The notes under the pieces: model-generated | The model's database searches: none | Seen by the model: the letters and a program-made list of their open reading frames with translations, nothing else | What the model was told of the DNA's origin: nothing | In this document: one piece after another, positions 27,012 to 37,273 of the stretch | Layout: each line of letters opens with the position of its first letter | How positions within the stretch are numbered: position 1 is the first letter of the stretch | Assembly (NCBI GenBank): GCA_965220965.1 | Contig: OZ244852.1 | Coordinates: 2,752,001 to 2,816,000, forward strand | Reading direction: 5' to 3' | Source of the DNA: Candidatus Marinacidobacterium sp. | Lineage (GTDB): Bacteria; Acidobacteriota; Vicinamibacteria; Marinacidobacterales; Marinacidobacteraceae | DNA: 64,000 nucleotides | Translations under genes and position numbers: made by a program

Positions 27012-28025
27012 GTGCGCGTCCCGATCGCTCCCGCTCTCCTTCTGGCTCTCCTGGCGCCGGCGGTCTTCGCCGCGGACTCCCCGCCGCGGCCCGATCCTCC
27101 GGAGGAGGGAGTCGAGGCGGCTCTCCAGGCGGATGATGAGGAGGCTCCCCCGATCGACTTCCATTTCCGGATTCGCGGGCGGTTCCTCGACGAGGTCTCC
27201 GACCCCGGAGACATTGCGTTGCAGCGCCTTTCGCTGTGGTCGGATACAAGAGTCGGCGAGCGGGTCCAGATCCGCGCGACCTGGGACGTCGGTGACGATC
27301 GCGTCCACGATCTCTGGGCCCAGGTCGATCTCGGCGGGGGCCTGAAGCTTCGCGCCGGACGGAGCGCTCCGACCTGGATCCCCGAGTTCACCGACCCTCC
27401 GTTCGCCTTCCAGATGGTCGGGTCGGCCCAGGGGGCCGCGCTGACGCGGATCCGCGAGACCGGCGCCTTTCTCCTCTGGGACCGCGGGCCCTGGAACGCC
27501 CGCCTGCATCTGGTCGCCGGCAATGGCTTCCAGCCCGACGAAAACTCGAATCAGGACGTTCTCTTCAGCGTGGGCCGCTCTTTCCCCGCCCTGGGCCGGT
27601 CGTGGGATCTGGACGTTGGCCACTACGAGGGAACCGACGGGCCGGACGACGCGCTCACCCCGGTGCGCGAGACGGCGGTTCACCTCGACGGGGACCTCGG
27701 CGACGCGCGGTACCTCCGGGCGGTGGTCTTCCGGCGCGAGGAAGAGGGGCACCAGCACCTCGGCGCTTTCGTCCGGGCGCGCAAGCGCTGGCCCAATGGG
27801 CTCTGGGGCGCGGTCGAGGTCGCGGGGGAGTCGAACCACGAAGCCGGCGAGCACGGCGACCCGAAGAACCTGAACTCCGTCAAGGTCGGCGCGCGCTACG
27901 AGCTTCCGTGGGTCCTGACCCACATTGCGGCGGACTACCGCTGGTACTTTGGCGCGGTGTCGGATCACGAGGTGCTCGTGGTGTTCCAGTGGGTCTTCGA
28001 CTTCCGGAACCCGCGCCGGAACTGA
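27012..28025 (+). CDS. Outer membrane beta-barrel porin (OprO/OprP-like)
   Basis: Signal peptide, amphipathic beta-strands, DLWAQ..LKLRAG, RETG, aromatic-rich C-terminus. Confidence 0.55.
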   Translation: MRVPIAPALLLALLAPAVFAADSPPRPDPPEEGVEAALQADDEEAPPIDFHFRIRGRFLDEVSDPGDIALQRLSLWSDTRVGERVQIRATWDVGDDRVHDLWAQVDLGGGLKLRAGRSAPTWIPEFTDPPFAFQMVGSAQGAALTRIRETGAFLLWDRGPWNARLHLVAGNGFQPDENSNQDVLFSVGRSFPALGRSWDLDVGHYEGTDGPDDALTPVRETAVHLDGDLGDARYLRAVVFRREEEGHQHLGAFVRARKRWPNGLWGAVEVAGESNHEAGEHGDPKNLNSVKVGARYELPWVLTHIAADYRWYFGAVSDHEVLVVFQWVFDFRNPRRN

Positions 28026-28121
28026 ACCTCGCGCGCCGTCAGGTCGTTTTCTGGTCCGGGTCCTGCACCCTCTGACCACCGGCTCACGAACCGAGCCTCT
28101 TCCGGCGAAGGAGATCCCCCC

Positions 28122-28616
28122 ATGGCCAAGGCGGCCCACTACATTCCTCCCCGCGCCCACGGCGTCACTCCCTACCTCGTGGTGGATGAGGGTCAGAAGG
28201 CGCTCGCCTGGTACACCGCGGTGCTCGGCGCCGAGGTGGAGTCCGTGATGGACGGTCCGGGCGGGGCGGTCATGCATGCCGAGATCAGGATCGGCGACGC
28301 CCAGGTCTACCTCTCCCAGGAGTTCCCCGGGGCGCCGGGCTTCGTCTCCCCGAAGACCCTCGGCGGGACGGCGACCAGCATCCACCTCTACGTTCCCGAC
28401 ATCGACGCGACCCACAAGCTCGCCCTCGAGAACGGCGCGGAGGAACTCGCTCCTCCGACGGATCAATTCTGGGGAGACCGCCACTCGACGGTCGTGGATC
28501 CCTTCGGCCACCGCTGGTCCTTCGCGACCCACAAGGAAACCCTCGAGCCCGAGGAGCTCGAGCGCCGCGCCCGGGAAGCGGCCGCCGAGTTCGCCGCCTC
28601 CGGGGGAGGCTCCTGA
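28122..28616 (+). CDS. VOC/glyoxalase (PhnB-like) family protein
   Basis: VTPYL, HAEIRIGD, DQFWGDR, DPFGHRW; AAGGAG SD. Confidence 0.92.
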   Translation: MAKAAHYIPPRAHGVTPYLVVDEGQKALAWYTAVLGAEVESVMDGPGGAVMHAEIRIGDAQVYLSQEFPGAPGFVSPKTLGGTATSIHLYVPDIDATHKLALENGAEELAPPTDQFWGDRHSTVVDPFGHRWSFATHKETLEPEELERRAREAAAEFAASGGGS

Positions 28617-28621
28617 GAGCC

Positions 28622-29203
28622 ATGACGCGCTGCGCCGCCGAGCCCGCTCGGGCGCTGCGCGCTCGCCGCGCGCATCGGGTCCGTGAGTTTCTTCCGGTGG
28701 CCGCGCTGCTCGCCGCGTTGCCGGCGGCCTTCGCCTGTCAGACGGCTTCGACCCCGGACGAGCCAATGACGGATCCGGCCGCGGACGCGACCGTGGTCGC
28801 CGCCGCGGATACGACGCCTCCTCCGTCCCCCGCGATGGGGGCCGTCGTGAACGCCGGCGGTGATGCCGCCCTCGGCGATGACGCCTTCGAACTGAACTCC
28901 GCGGCCATCGTCGATGACCGGCTGGAAGTCTCGGTCTCCTACGGCGGCGGCTGCGCGGAGCACGAGTTCACCCTCGTGCTGGCGGAGGCCTTCCGCGAAA
29001 CCTTCCCCCTGCGGCTGCCGGTCGATCTGCGCCACGAAGCGAACGGCGATGCCTGCGAGGCCTGGCTGACGACCGACTACGTATTCGACCTGACGCTGGT
29101 GCGGACGCGCTACCGGGAGGGCTACGGGTCCGGCCCCGGGAGCGTCATCCTGCAGCTCGAGGGAGTCGGGCCCGACAGCCTGCTCTACGAATTCCCCGGG
29201 TAG
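28622..29203 (+). CDS. Hypothetical lipoprotein with NigD-like C-terminal domain
   Basis: Lipobox AFAC; SYGGGC.EHEF...LRHEANGDACEA..FDL. Confidence 0.6.
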   Translation: MTRCAAEPARALRARRAHRVREFLPVAALLAALPAAFACQTASTPDEPMTDPAADATVVAAADTTPPPSPAMGAVVNAGGDAALGDDAFELNSAAIVDDRLEVSVSYGGGCAEHEFTLVLAEAFRETFPLRLPVDLRHEANGDACEAWLTTDYVFDLTLVRTRYREGYGSGPGSVILQLEGVGPDSLLYEFPG

Positions 29204-29225
29204 GCGGACGCGCGCCGCCCGGCGG

Positions 29226-31079
29226 TCAGAGCGTTCGCAGGAACGCGATGAGGGCGGGGAGATCGCCCTCGGAGACCACGATCCCGTGTCCCGGATGGAC
29301 CCGGAGCACTTCCTCCAGCGAGTGCGCGGAGCCGTCGTGGAGAAGGCGGCGGCGCGTGCGGACCCCGCGCAGCGACGGCGGATTGAAGTGCGCGTTTCCG
29401 CGCTCGTCGGTCAGGCCCACATCGTGAGCGCCGGGGGAGGTGTAGAGCGGCTCGGTGTGGCAGCGGTTGCAGGTGTAGGCCGAGAAGGCGTCCCGCCCGC
29501 GCGCCACCAGCGCGGCGTCGGTTGAGGCCTCTCCCATCTCGGGAAGTTCGAGCGTCAGCAGGTAGGCCGTCAGGTCGTCCACCTCGCGGGGGGCGAGATC
29601 CCGGCCGCGCAGCGTCGTCTCGACCGACTTGACGACCTGGTGCTCGAGTTTCCGGATCTTCCCGTTCCAGGCCCACGGGCCGGTGTCGCGGACGCCCAGC
29701 AGCGAGAGAACCCGCTTCGGAGCGCCGTAGGCCCCGTCCCCCAGCGTGTCGGAAAGCCGGTGGTTCGTGTGCCCGTTCGTGTGGCAACTGTTGCAGCTCA
29801 TCCAGCCGCGGAGCGACAGGGTCGCGTCGTGGAACAGCAGTTCGCCCCGGTCCGCCGCGGTCAGCGCGGCGGGTGGGCCGAGCGGCATCCGGGCGGTCTC
29901 GGTGCGGTCGGTCAGCGAGACCACCGACACCGAGTCGGACCAGGTGTTCGCCACGAACAGCTCGTCGCCGCTGAGCGCGAGCGCCGAGGGACCGGCCCCG
30001 ACCCGGACCTGACTGACCTGTCGGGCCGCCGGAGCGCCGAAGGCCAGCCGCCCGACGCCCGAGAGCGCCACCACGAGCTGTCCGTCCCCGGCCGCCAGGA
30101 TGGCCGCCGGATCGCCCGAGGGGGAGGAGACCGTCCCCAGGTCCAGGACCCGGGCGCGCCGGTGCATCCGGGGATCGCCGGCGATCAGGTCGTCCACCGG
30201 AAACAGCCGGACGCTGTTCGTCAGGAACACTCCCCAGCGAATGTCATCCGAACTGGTGTGCATCCCGGAGTGGAGCTGCTGATGGACGATGGCGACCTGC
30301 TCCCGGTCCGGAGTGAGCGCGAGTCCCCGCAGGTTGTGGCTGGGCAGTTCGAACGAGCGCTCGAGCGCGCCGGTCGCCGCATCGAGCAGGGCGAGTCCCC
30401 CGCCGAAGGCGTCCGCCACCAGCAGATGCTCCGGGTCGAGGAAGAGCAGCTCCCCGGCCTCGAACGGCAACCGTCCGGTCCAGGCGGGCTCGAGCGTCAC
30501 GCCCGCCCCGATCCCGAGCTCGTAGCCCCGCACCTCGCGCGGCCACAGGCACGAAACGGCGAGCGCCTGCTCCTCGATGACCGCGCGCCGGGGGTTGCGG
30601 CAGGTCGGGAACGCAGCGTCCACCGCAAGGACCGGTCGGCTCCGCGCCGCCGGGAAGAGATCCCCGCCCGGCGGGCCGGGCCGGACGTCGTCCTCCACCC
30701 GGAGGACCAGCAGCCGGCCCCCCCGGTGGTCCACCGCCAGCAGCCGGGGCGGGTCGCCGGCGGCGCCCGGCAGCACGGCCAGCGATGTGATGTCGCCGCC
30801 CACCGGCGTCTCCCCGAGGAGCGTGCGGTCCGAGGCCCGGATCACGCTCACCGCGCCGGTCCGGTGTCCCACGACGACGGCGTCTCCGCCCCCGGGGAAT
30901 GAAGCGACCGCGATGGCCTGCGGCCTCCGTCCGCCGCCGGCCCCCGTCCCGAAGTCTCCGTCTCGCGCTCCGGCCCGCTCTTCGGGATTCCCCGGCGCGA
31001 ACGCGCTCAGCGCGAGCGCCGCAACCGCCGCCAGAGTCCGGCGAAGCGTCCGACCGGGGGGCGGGAACGAACCGCGCAT
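29226..31079 (-). CDS. Beta-propeller plus di-heme cytochrome c peroxidase-like protein
   Basis: Signal peptide, YVTN-like repeats (VANTWSDSVSVV), GELLF..SCNSCH, SLLGVRDTGPWAWNG, CNRCH, PSLRG..LHDGSA. Confidence 0.8.
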   Translation of the reverse strand: MRGSFPPPGRTLRRTLAAVAALALSAFAPGNPEERAGARDGDFGTGAGGGRRPQAIAVASFPGGGDAVVVGHRTGAVSVIRASDRTLLGETPVGGDITSLAVLPGAAGDPPRLLAVDHRGGRLLVLRVEDDVRPGPPGGDLFPAARSRPVLAVDAAFPTCRNPRRAVIEEQALAVSCLWPREVRGYELGIGAGVTLEPAWTGRLPFEAGELLFLDPEHLLVADAFGGGLALLDAATGALERSFELPSHNLRGLALTPDREQVAIVHQQLHSGMHTSSDDIRWGVFLTNSVRLFPVDDLIAGDPRMHRRARVLDLGTVSSPSGDPAAILAAGDGQLVVALSGVGRLAFGAPAARQVSQVRVGAGPSALALSGDELFVANTWSDSVSVVSLTDRTETARMPLGPPAALTAADRGELLFHDATLSLRGWMSCNSCHTNGHTNHRLSDTLGDGAYGAPKRVLSLLGVRDTGPWAWNGKIRKLEHQVVKSVETTLRGRDLAPREVDDLTAYLLTLELPEMGEASTDAALVARGRDAFSAYTCNRCHTEPLYTSPGAHDVGLTDERGNAHFNPPSLRGVRTRRRLLHDGSAHSLEEVLRVHPGHGIVVSEGDLPALIAFLRTL

Positions 31080-31182
31080 CCCCGCATTGTATGGCCCTTC
31101 GGGGGGCGGACGCCGGGCCCTCCCGGGGCGCCCTCCCGCTAAAATTCCCGGTTCCCCTCTCCCCGAACTTGAGGTACCTCGA

Positions 31183-31950
31183 ATGACCGAACCGATCATG
31201 ATCGAGGCGCGCGATCTCAGCAAGTTCTACGGCCCCTTCGTGGCGGTCGAGCGCGTGCGCTTCGCGATTCCACGGGGCCAGATCGTGGCCTTTCTGGGTC
31301 CGAATGGCGCCGGCAAGACGACCACGATGAAGATGTTGACCGGCTATCTGGCGCCGAGCGAGGGGTCCGCCCATATCGCCGGTCTGGATGTCCGCGAGGA
31401 CCGCATCGGAGCTTCCAGGCGCCTCGGCTACCTGCCCGAGAACGGCCCGCTCTACCCCGACATGACCCCGGCGGAACTCCTTCGCTTCTTCGGCGAGGCC
31501 CGCGAGATTCCGGCCACCCGCCTCCCCGGCCGGATCCGGGAGGTCGCCTCGCTCTGCGCGCTCGAGGAAGTCCTGGAAAAGCCCATCGGGAAGCTCTCCC
31601 GGGGCCTCCGCCAGCGGGTGGGGGTCGCCCAGGCGCTCCTCCACGATCCCGACGTGCTCGTCATGGATGAACCCACCTCCGGGCTCGACCCGAACCAGAT
31701 CCGGGAGTTCCGGACGAACATCCGCCGGATCGGCGCCGAGAAGACCGTGCTCATTTCCACTCACATCCTCCGCGAGGTCGAAGCGGTCGCCGACCGGGTC
31801 CTGCTGGTGAACCGCGGCAGGCTGGTCTTCGACGGCGCGCCCGCCGACCTCGAGAAGGACGGATCGCTCGAGGAGACGTTCTACCGGCTCACCTCCGATC
31901 CGGCCGCGAGCGGCGCCGAGGCGCCGACGACAGCCAGGGAGGCCGCCTGA
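31183..31950 (+). CDS. ABC transporter ATP-binding protein (GldA-like)
   Basis: GPNGAGKTT, LSRGLRQR, MDEPTSGLDP, STH. Confidence 0.93.
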   Translation: MTEPIMIEARDLSKFYGPFVAVERVRFAIPRGQIVAFLGPNGAGKTTTMKMLTGYLAPSEGSAHIAGLDVREDRIGASRRLGYLPENGPLYPDMTPAELLRFFGEAREIPATRLPGRIREVASLCALEEVLEKPIGKLSRGLRQRVGVAQALLHDPDVLVMDEPTSGLDPNQIREFRTNIRRIGAEKTVLISTHILREVEAVADRVLLVNRGRLVFDGAPADLEKDGSLEETFYRLTSDPAASGAEAPTTAREAA

Positions 31951-31951
31951 C

Positions 31952-34663
31952 ATGCCCGGCTTCGCAGGCCTTCCCGACGTCCGCCGCAACGTCGTCGCCG
32001 CGCTCATGCGCCGCGACCTGCGGATGTATTTCTCGAACCCGTCGGGCTACGTCTTCCTGACGCTGTTCATCCTGCTGAGCGCGGCCGCCGCCTTCTGGCA
32101 GGACCGGTTCTTCCTGAACAACCTGGCGAACCTCGACCAGTTGAACGGGCTGTTGCCCTTCATCCTCGTGTTCTTCATCCCGGCGCTCACGATGTCGGTC
32201 TGGGCGGAGGAGAAGAAGCTGGGGACCGATGAGCTGCTGCTCACCCTCCCGGCCACCGACCTCGAGATCGTGCTCGGCAAGTACGCCGCGGTGCTCGGGA
32301 TCTACGGCGCCGCGCTGCTGCTCTCGCTGAGCCACGCGCTCGTCCTGATCTTCCTCGGGAGTCCCGACTGGGGTCTGCTCTTCGCCAACTACCTGGGCTA
32401 CGCGCTCTTCGGCGCGGCGCTCGCCGCCGCCGGCATGACCGCGTCGCTGCTGACGTCGATCCCGACGATCGCCTTCATCCTGGGGGCGGTGTTCTCGGCG
32501 TTTCTCGTCCTGCCGGGGACCTTGCTCGGGAGCCTCAGCCCGGGCCTCGCGCGCATGATCGAGCCGATCTCGGCGACCGCCCACTTCGCCGAGTTCGGCC
32601 GGGGCGTCGTCCCGGTCACCTCGGTCCTCTACTTCGTCTCGGTCGCCGGGTTCTTCCTCTACCTGAACGTTCTGTTCGTCGGGCGCCGGCACTGGCCGGC
32701 GACCGCCGACGGCTACCGGATGTCCACGCATCACGCCGCCCGCGCGGTGGCGGTCGCGCTCATCCTGCTCAGCGGCGGCGTTCTCGTCTCCCGGCTCGGG
32801 CTGCGGATGGACACGACCGCCGAGCGCCTTCACTCGCTCTCCGGCGAGACCACGGAGCTCCTTCGCAGCCTCCCCGACGACCGGCCGGTCTTCGTCCAGG
32901 CCTACCTGAGCCAGGACGTTCCCGAGCCGCTCGTCCAGACCCGGGTGAACCTCGAGAGCATGCTCCGGGAGATGGAGTCGGTGAGCGGGGGCCGGGTCCA
33001 GGTCCTCATCGAGGACACCGAGCCCTTCACCGAGGCGGCCCGCGAGGCGCGCGAGAAGTTCGGCATCCTGCCCCGGCAGATCCCGAGCGTGACTTCGGCG
33101 CGCACCGGGGTCAGCGATGTCTTTCTCGGCGTCGCGTTCACCTGCGCCGCCGAGGAGCAGGTCATTCCCTTCTTCGACCGCGGGCTCCCGGTCGAGTACG
33201 AGCTCGCCCGCAGCATCCGGGTGGTCGCGAACACCGCGAAGCGCCGGATCGGGGTCATCTCGAAGGAGCTCCAGATCTTCGGCGGGCTCGACTTCCAGAC
33301 GATGCGTTCGAACCCCGAGTGGTCGGTCGTGGATGAGCTTCGCAAGCAGTACGAGGTCGTCCAGATCCGGCCGGACTCGGCGATCACAGAAGACGTTGAC
33401 GGCCTCCTCGTTGTGCTCCCCTCGACGCTCGCCGACGACGAGATGGCGAACGTGACCGACTTCATCCGCAGCGGCGTCCCGGCTCTCCTGCTGGTGGACC
33501 CGCTCCCGGTCGTGAACATCGGCCTCGCGCCCTCCGAGCCTCCCGGCGCCTCGCAGAACCCGTTCATGCGCCAGGGCCAGCCGCCTCCGACCCCGAAGGG
33601 GAACGTGCAGTCGTTCCTCGCCGGGCTCGGGTTCTCGTGGGATCCGGGCGGCATCGTGTGGGACACCTACAACCCGCACCCCGACCTCGGCCATCTGCCG
33701 CCGGAGGTCGTCTTCCTGGGCCCGGGCAACGGGAACCCGGAAGTCTTCTCCGCGGCCTCCCCCGCCAGCGCCGGGCTCCAGCAGGTCGTCCTGATCTACC
33801 CGGGCTACCTCGAGCCGCTCGCCGGCTCCACCGCCGAGTTCGAGCCGCTGCTCACCAGCGGCGAGGTCTCGGGCGTCCTCCCCTACTTCCAGATGGTCCA
33901 GCGGAACTTCCTCGGTTCCCAGTTGAACCCGAACCTGCCCCACCGGCCGGACCCGATGACCTACGTGGTCGCCGCCGAGGCCCGCACCTTCCGCCCCGAC
34001 GAGACCGGCGAGGATGGCGAAGCCCAGGCGCCCTCGACCGGGGCCGACAGCACCCGCGTCATCGCGATCGCCGACCTCGACTTCATCTCCGAGCAGTTCT
34101 TCGAGCTTCGCCGGATCGGTCCGCCGAACCTGAACTTCGACAACGTCTCGTTCTTCCTGAACGCGATGGACGTTCTCGTCGGGGACGAGTCCTTCGTCTC
34201 GCTGAGGAACCGCCGCGTCCGCCACCGGACGCTCGAGGCGGTCGAACAAAGGGTTCTCGCCTACACCGAGCAGCGCAGCGCCGAGGAGGACGAGGCGGAG
34301 GCCAGCGCCGACGAGGCGCTCCGGCAGGCGCAGGAGCGGCTCGACCGGCGGATCGCCGCGGTCCGGGAGCGTGACGACCTCGACGCCCAGGCGAAGGACA
34401 TCATGGCCCGCAACCTGGAAGAGGTGGAGCAGCGCCGCTTCCAGGTCCTCGAGGCGAACATCAACGCGAACAAGGAGGCCGAAGTGCGCGCCAGCGAGGA
34501 GCGCATGGAGGCCCAGATTCGCCGGATCCAGAGCGGGATCCGCACCGCCGCGGTCCTGCTGCCGCCGATTCCGGTGTTTCTCCTCGGCGTCTGGACCTTC
34601 GTCCGCCGACGCCGGGCCGAACAGGAGGGGGCGGCCGCCGCGCGCCGCCTGCGTCAGCGATGA
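31952..34663 (+). CDS. Fused ABC-2 permease plus GldG-family periplasmic domain
   Basis: YFSNPSGY, EEKKLGTDELLLTLP, DTTAERLHSLS, EYELARSI, IADLDF, C-terminal coiled coil and TM. Confidence 0.85.
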   Translation: MPGFAGLPDVRRNVVAALMRRDLRMYFSNPSGYVFLTLFILLSAAAAFWQDRFFLNNLANLDQLNGLLPFILVFFIPALTMSVWAEEKKLGTDELLLTLPATDLEIVLGKYAAVLGIYGAALLLSLSHALVLIFLGSPDWGLLFANYLGYALFGAALAAAGMTASLLTSIPTIAFILGAVFSAFLVLPGTLLGSLSPGLARMIEPISATAHFAEFGRGVVPVTSVLYFVSVAGFFLYLNVLFVGRRHWPATADGYRMSTHHAARAVAVALILLSGGVLVSRLGLRMDTTAERLHSLSGETTELLRSLPDDRPVFVQAYLSQDVPEPLVQTRVNLESMLREMESVSGGRVQVLIEDTEPFTEAAREAREKFGILPRQIPSVTSARTGVSDVFLGVAFTCAAEEQVIPFFDRGLPVEYELARSIRVVANTAKRRIGVISKELQIFGGLDFQTMRSNPEWSVVDELRKQYEVVQIRPDSAITEDVDGLLVVLPSTLADDEMANVTDFIRSGVPALLLVDPLPVVNIGLAPSEPPGASQNPFMRQGQPPPTPKGNVQSFLAGLGFSWDPGGIVWDTYNPHPDLGHLPPEVVFLGPGNGNPEVFSAASPASAGLQQVVLIYPGYLEPLAGSTAEFEPLLTSGEVSGVLPYFQMVQRNFLGSQLNPNLPHRPDPMTYVVAAEARTFRPDETGEDGEAQAPSTGADSTRVIAIADLDFISEQFFELRRIGPPNLNFDNVSFFLNAMDVLVGDESFVSLRNRRVRHRTLEAVEQRVLAYTEQRSAEEDEAEASADEALRQAQERLDRRIAAVRERDDLDAQAKDIMARNLEEVEQRRFQVLEANINANKEAEVRASEERMEAQIRRIQSGIRTAAVLLPPIPVFLLGVWTFVRRRRAEQEGAAAARRLRQR

Positions 34664-36096
34664 GCAACGAGCGGGAGACGAACGCGATGTCCGAGACCGG
34701 AACGAATCAGGCCGCCGCCAAGCCGCCGCCGGGCCCGGTGCTGCGGCGCACCCAGACGCTCGTCGGCGCCGCGCTGCTCCTCACCGTGCTCGCCGCGGTG
34801 AGCGCGCCGCGGAACCCCGAGCCGACCGACTTCGTCGACCTCGGCGAGCGGTTCTTCCCGGCCTTCGAGGACCCCGCCGAAGCGATGTCGCTCGAGGTCA
34901 TCGAGTTCGACGCCGACACCGCCGAGGCCATCCCCTTCCGGGTGCAGAACGAAGGCGGGATCTGGACGATCCCCAGCCATCACGACTACCCGGCCGACGG
35001 GGCGGACCGGCTGGCGCAGACCGCCGCCGGGATCCTCCTGCTCGAGAAGGACGACTTCCGTTCCGAGAACGTGGCGGACCATCCGCTGCTGGGCGTCGTG
35101 GACCCGCTCGACGAGGGCGCCGTGTCCCTCGTGGGGCGGGGCCGCCGCGTCACGGTGAAGGCCTCCGGGGACCGGATCCTCGCCGACCTGATCATCGGCG
35201 ACGCGGTCGAGGACCGCGAGGGGTCGTACTTCGTCCGCGTTCCCGGCCAGAAGCGGGTCTACGTCTCGAACCTGGGAGTCGACATCTCCGGGCGGTTCGC
35301 CGACTGGATCGAGCGCGATCTGCTGCTGCTGGACCGGGACCGCGTCATCTCGGCCACGATCGAGGACTACTCGATCAACGAGCGCACCCTGCGGGTGGAC
35401 CGCCGGGACGGGCTGTCGCTCGTGAAGGAAGACGATGCCTGGACCGCCGACGGTCTCGGTTCCGGCGAGGAGCCCGACTCGTTCGGGATCGGCGAGATGA
35501 TCCGGGCCGCCGACGAGCTCGAGATCGTGGGCGTCCGTCCCAAGCCCGCCGGGATCGCCGCTTCGCTCACCGGCGAGGTGGCGGCCGTCTCCAGCGCCGA
35601 CATCCTCTCACTCCAGAGCCGGGGCTATTACCTCACCCAGGACGGCAGCCTGCTCTCGAACGAGGGCGAGGTCCGTCTCGAGACCGATGAGGGCATCCGC
35701 TACACGCTTCGTTTCGGCGAAGTGGTCTACGGACGGGGCGACGAGATCACCGCCGGGACGCCGACCGAGCCGGATGACCCCTCGATGGCCACCGGTCCCG
35801 CGGAGAACCGCTACCTCTTCGTCACCGCCGAGTTCCTCGAGTCGCGCTTTCCCGAGCCGCCGCGTCCTCCGAACCGCGACTACCTCGACAAGCCGGCGGA
35901 CGAGATCACCGACGAGGACCGCGCCAACCGGGACCTCGCCCGCGAGTGGGACCGCTGGGAGGAGGACGTCCGGAAGGGCCGCGAACTCCAGGACACGCTG
36001 ACCCGTCGCTTCGCCAACTGGTACTACGTGATCTCCCAGGACTCCTTCGAGGACATCCGCAAGGGCCGCGACGACCTGATCCGCGAATCCGCCTGA
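34660..36096 (+). CDS. DUF4340 domain protein (Gld-type ABC accessory)
   Basis: N-terminal TM, WTIPSHHDYPAD, YFVRVPGQKRVY, DWIERDLL; usual position after GldG. Confidence 0.75.
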   Translation: MSNERETNAMSETGTNQAAAKPPPGPVLRRTQTLVGAALLLTVLAAVSAPRNPEPTDFVDLGERFFPAFEDPAEAMSLEVIEFDADTAEAIPFRVQNEGGIWTIPSHHDYPADGADRLAQTAAGILLLEKDDFRSENVADHPLLGVVDPLDEGAVSLVGRGRRVTVKASGDRILADLIIGDAVEDREGSYFVRVPGQKRVYVSNLGVDISGRFADWIERDLLLLDRDRVISATIEDYSINERTLRVDRRDGLSLVKEDDAWTADGLGSGEEPDSFGIGEMIRAADELEIVGVRPKPAGIAASLTGEVAAVSSADILSLQSRGYYLTQDGSLLSNEGEVRLETDEGIRYTLRFGEVVYGRGDEITAGTPTEPDDPSMATGPAENRYLFVTAEFLESRFPEPPRPPNRDYLDKPADEITDEDRANRDLAREWDRWEEDVRKGRELQDTLTRRFANWYYVISQDSFEDIRKGRDDLIRESA

Positions 36097-36130
36097 CGCG
36101 GGAGCCGTCCCCGCTGCTGACCGGGGCGGC

Positions 36131-37273
36131 TTACGTGGGCGCCTCTCCGAGGCGTTCGAGGATCCAGCGGTCCACCGCCCACAACTGGTCCTCGCGGTTC
36201 GAGTAGGGCCCCGGGCGGTAGGCGGACGAGCCGATCCCCGCCTGCGCCAGTTCGGACACCCGCCAGTCCTGACGGTTCGTCGTGTCCCAGAAGTCCACCG
36301 CCGGGGCGGGATCGAACCCGGGCGCCTCGACCGCTTCCGGGGAGAACAGCCACTGGCAGCGGATGACCGTCGCGCCCACGCCTCGCGGCTCGAGGATGTA
36401 GCGCACCACGTAGTCCGGATGGAGGCACAGCATGAGGTTCGGCAGCAGGATCTCGTAGCCGATACGCCGCAGCGCCTTCCCGGTGAGTCCCGGCAGCGGC
36501 CGGCCCACGAACCGGCCGTCGGGCGACAGGGTCTCCGCTCCCTCCGCCAGGTCCATGGTGGATCCGACCGCTCCCGGCGTCAGCGGGAAGTTCTCGCCGG
36601 TGAGGTAGTGGGAGAGCTGCTGAAGCTGCGGATGGATCACCGGGCAGTGGAGGCACTCCGAGAAGTTCTGCACCACCAGCTTCCAGTTGGCCCGCAGCTC
36701 GTAGCGCGCCGACCGCGCGGTCACGAGCGCCTCCATGCCGTAGGGCCGCACCCGGTCGGCGGCGGGTCCAAGCTGTTCCGGAAGGTCGGGTCCCTCCGGC
36801 GCCACCCGGACCCAGACCACCCCGCCCCACGTCTCGCAGGCCGCCGCCGCCAGCGGCCATTCGTTGGTTGAGAACCCCGGGACCTGATCCATGTGCGGCG
36901 CGCTGCGAAGCCGGCCGTCGAGTCCGTAGGTCCACGCGTGGTACGGGCACTGAACCGCTCCCGGCAGGCGCCCCGATCCCTCGTCCACCAGCCGGGTTCC
37001 CCGGTGGCGACAGACGTTGTGGAAGGCGCGGAACTCCCCGTCCTCGCCCCGCGCCACGAGGAGCGAGTCGCCCCCCACCTCAACGACCCGATATCCCCCT
37101 TCGCCGGCGGGGATCTCGTCCACTCCGCAGGCGGCGCTCCACATCGTCCGGTGGACCCGTTCGTTCTCCCGCTCGAAGACCTCCGGGCTCACGTAGAACC
37201 GCGCCGGGAGCGTCCTCGCCCCGGTCGGCGCGGGCGGGCGCTCGCGCGCCGCCACCCGCTCCGAAGGGCTCAC
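36131..37273 (-). CDS. Rieske non-heme iron oxygenase alpha subunit (choline monooxygenase/GbcA-like)
   Basis: NVCRHRG...CPYHAW Rieske motif; NWK..NFSECLHC..IHP; QD. Confidence 0.9.
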   Translation of the reverse strand: MSPSERVAARERPPAPTGARTLPARFYVSPEVFERENERVHRTMWSAACGVDEIPAGEGGYRVVEVGGDSLLVARGEDGEFRAFHNVCRHRGTRLVDEGSGRLPGAVQCPYHAWTYGLDGRLRSAPHMDQVPGFSTNEWPLAAAACETWGGVVWVRVAPEGPDLPEQLGPAADRVRPYGMEALVTARSARYELRANWKLVVQNFSECLHCPVIHPQLQQLSHYLTGENFPLTPGAVGSTMDLAEGAETLSPDGRFVGRPLPGLTGKALRRIGYEILLPNLMLCLHPDYVVRYILEPRGVGATVIRCQWLFSPEAVEAPGFDPAPAVDFWDTTNRQDWRVSELAQAGIGSSAYRPGPYSNREDQLWAVDRWILERLGEAPT

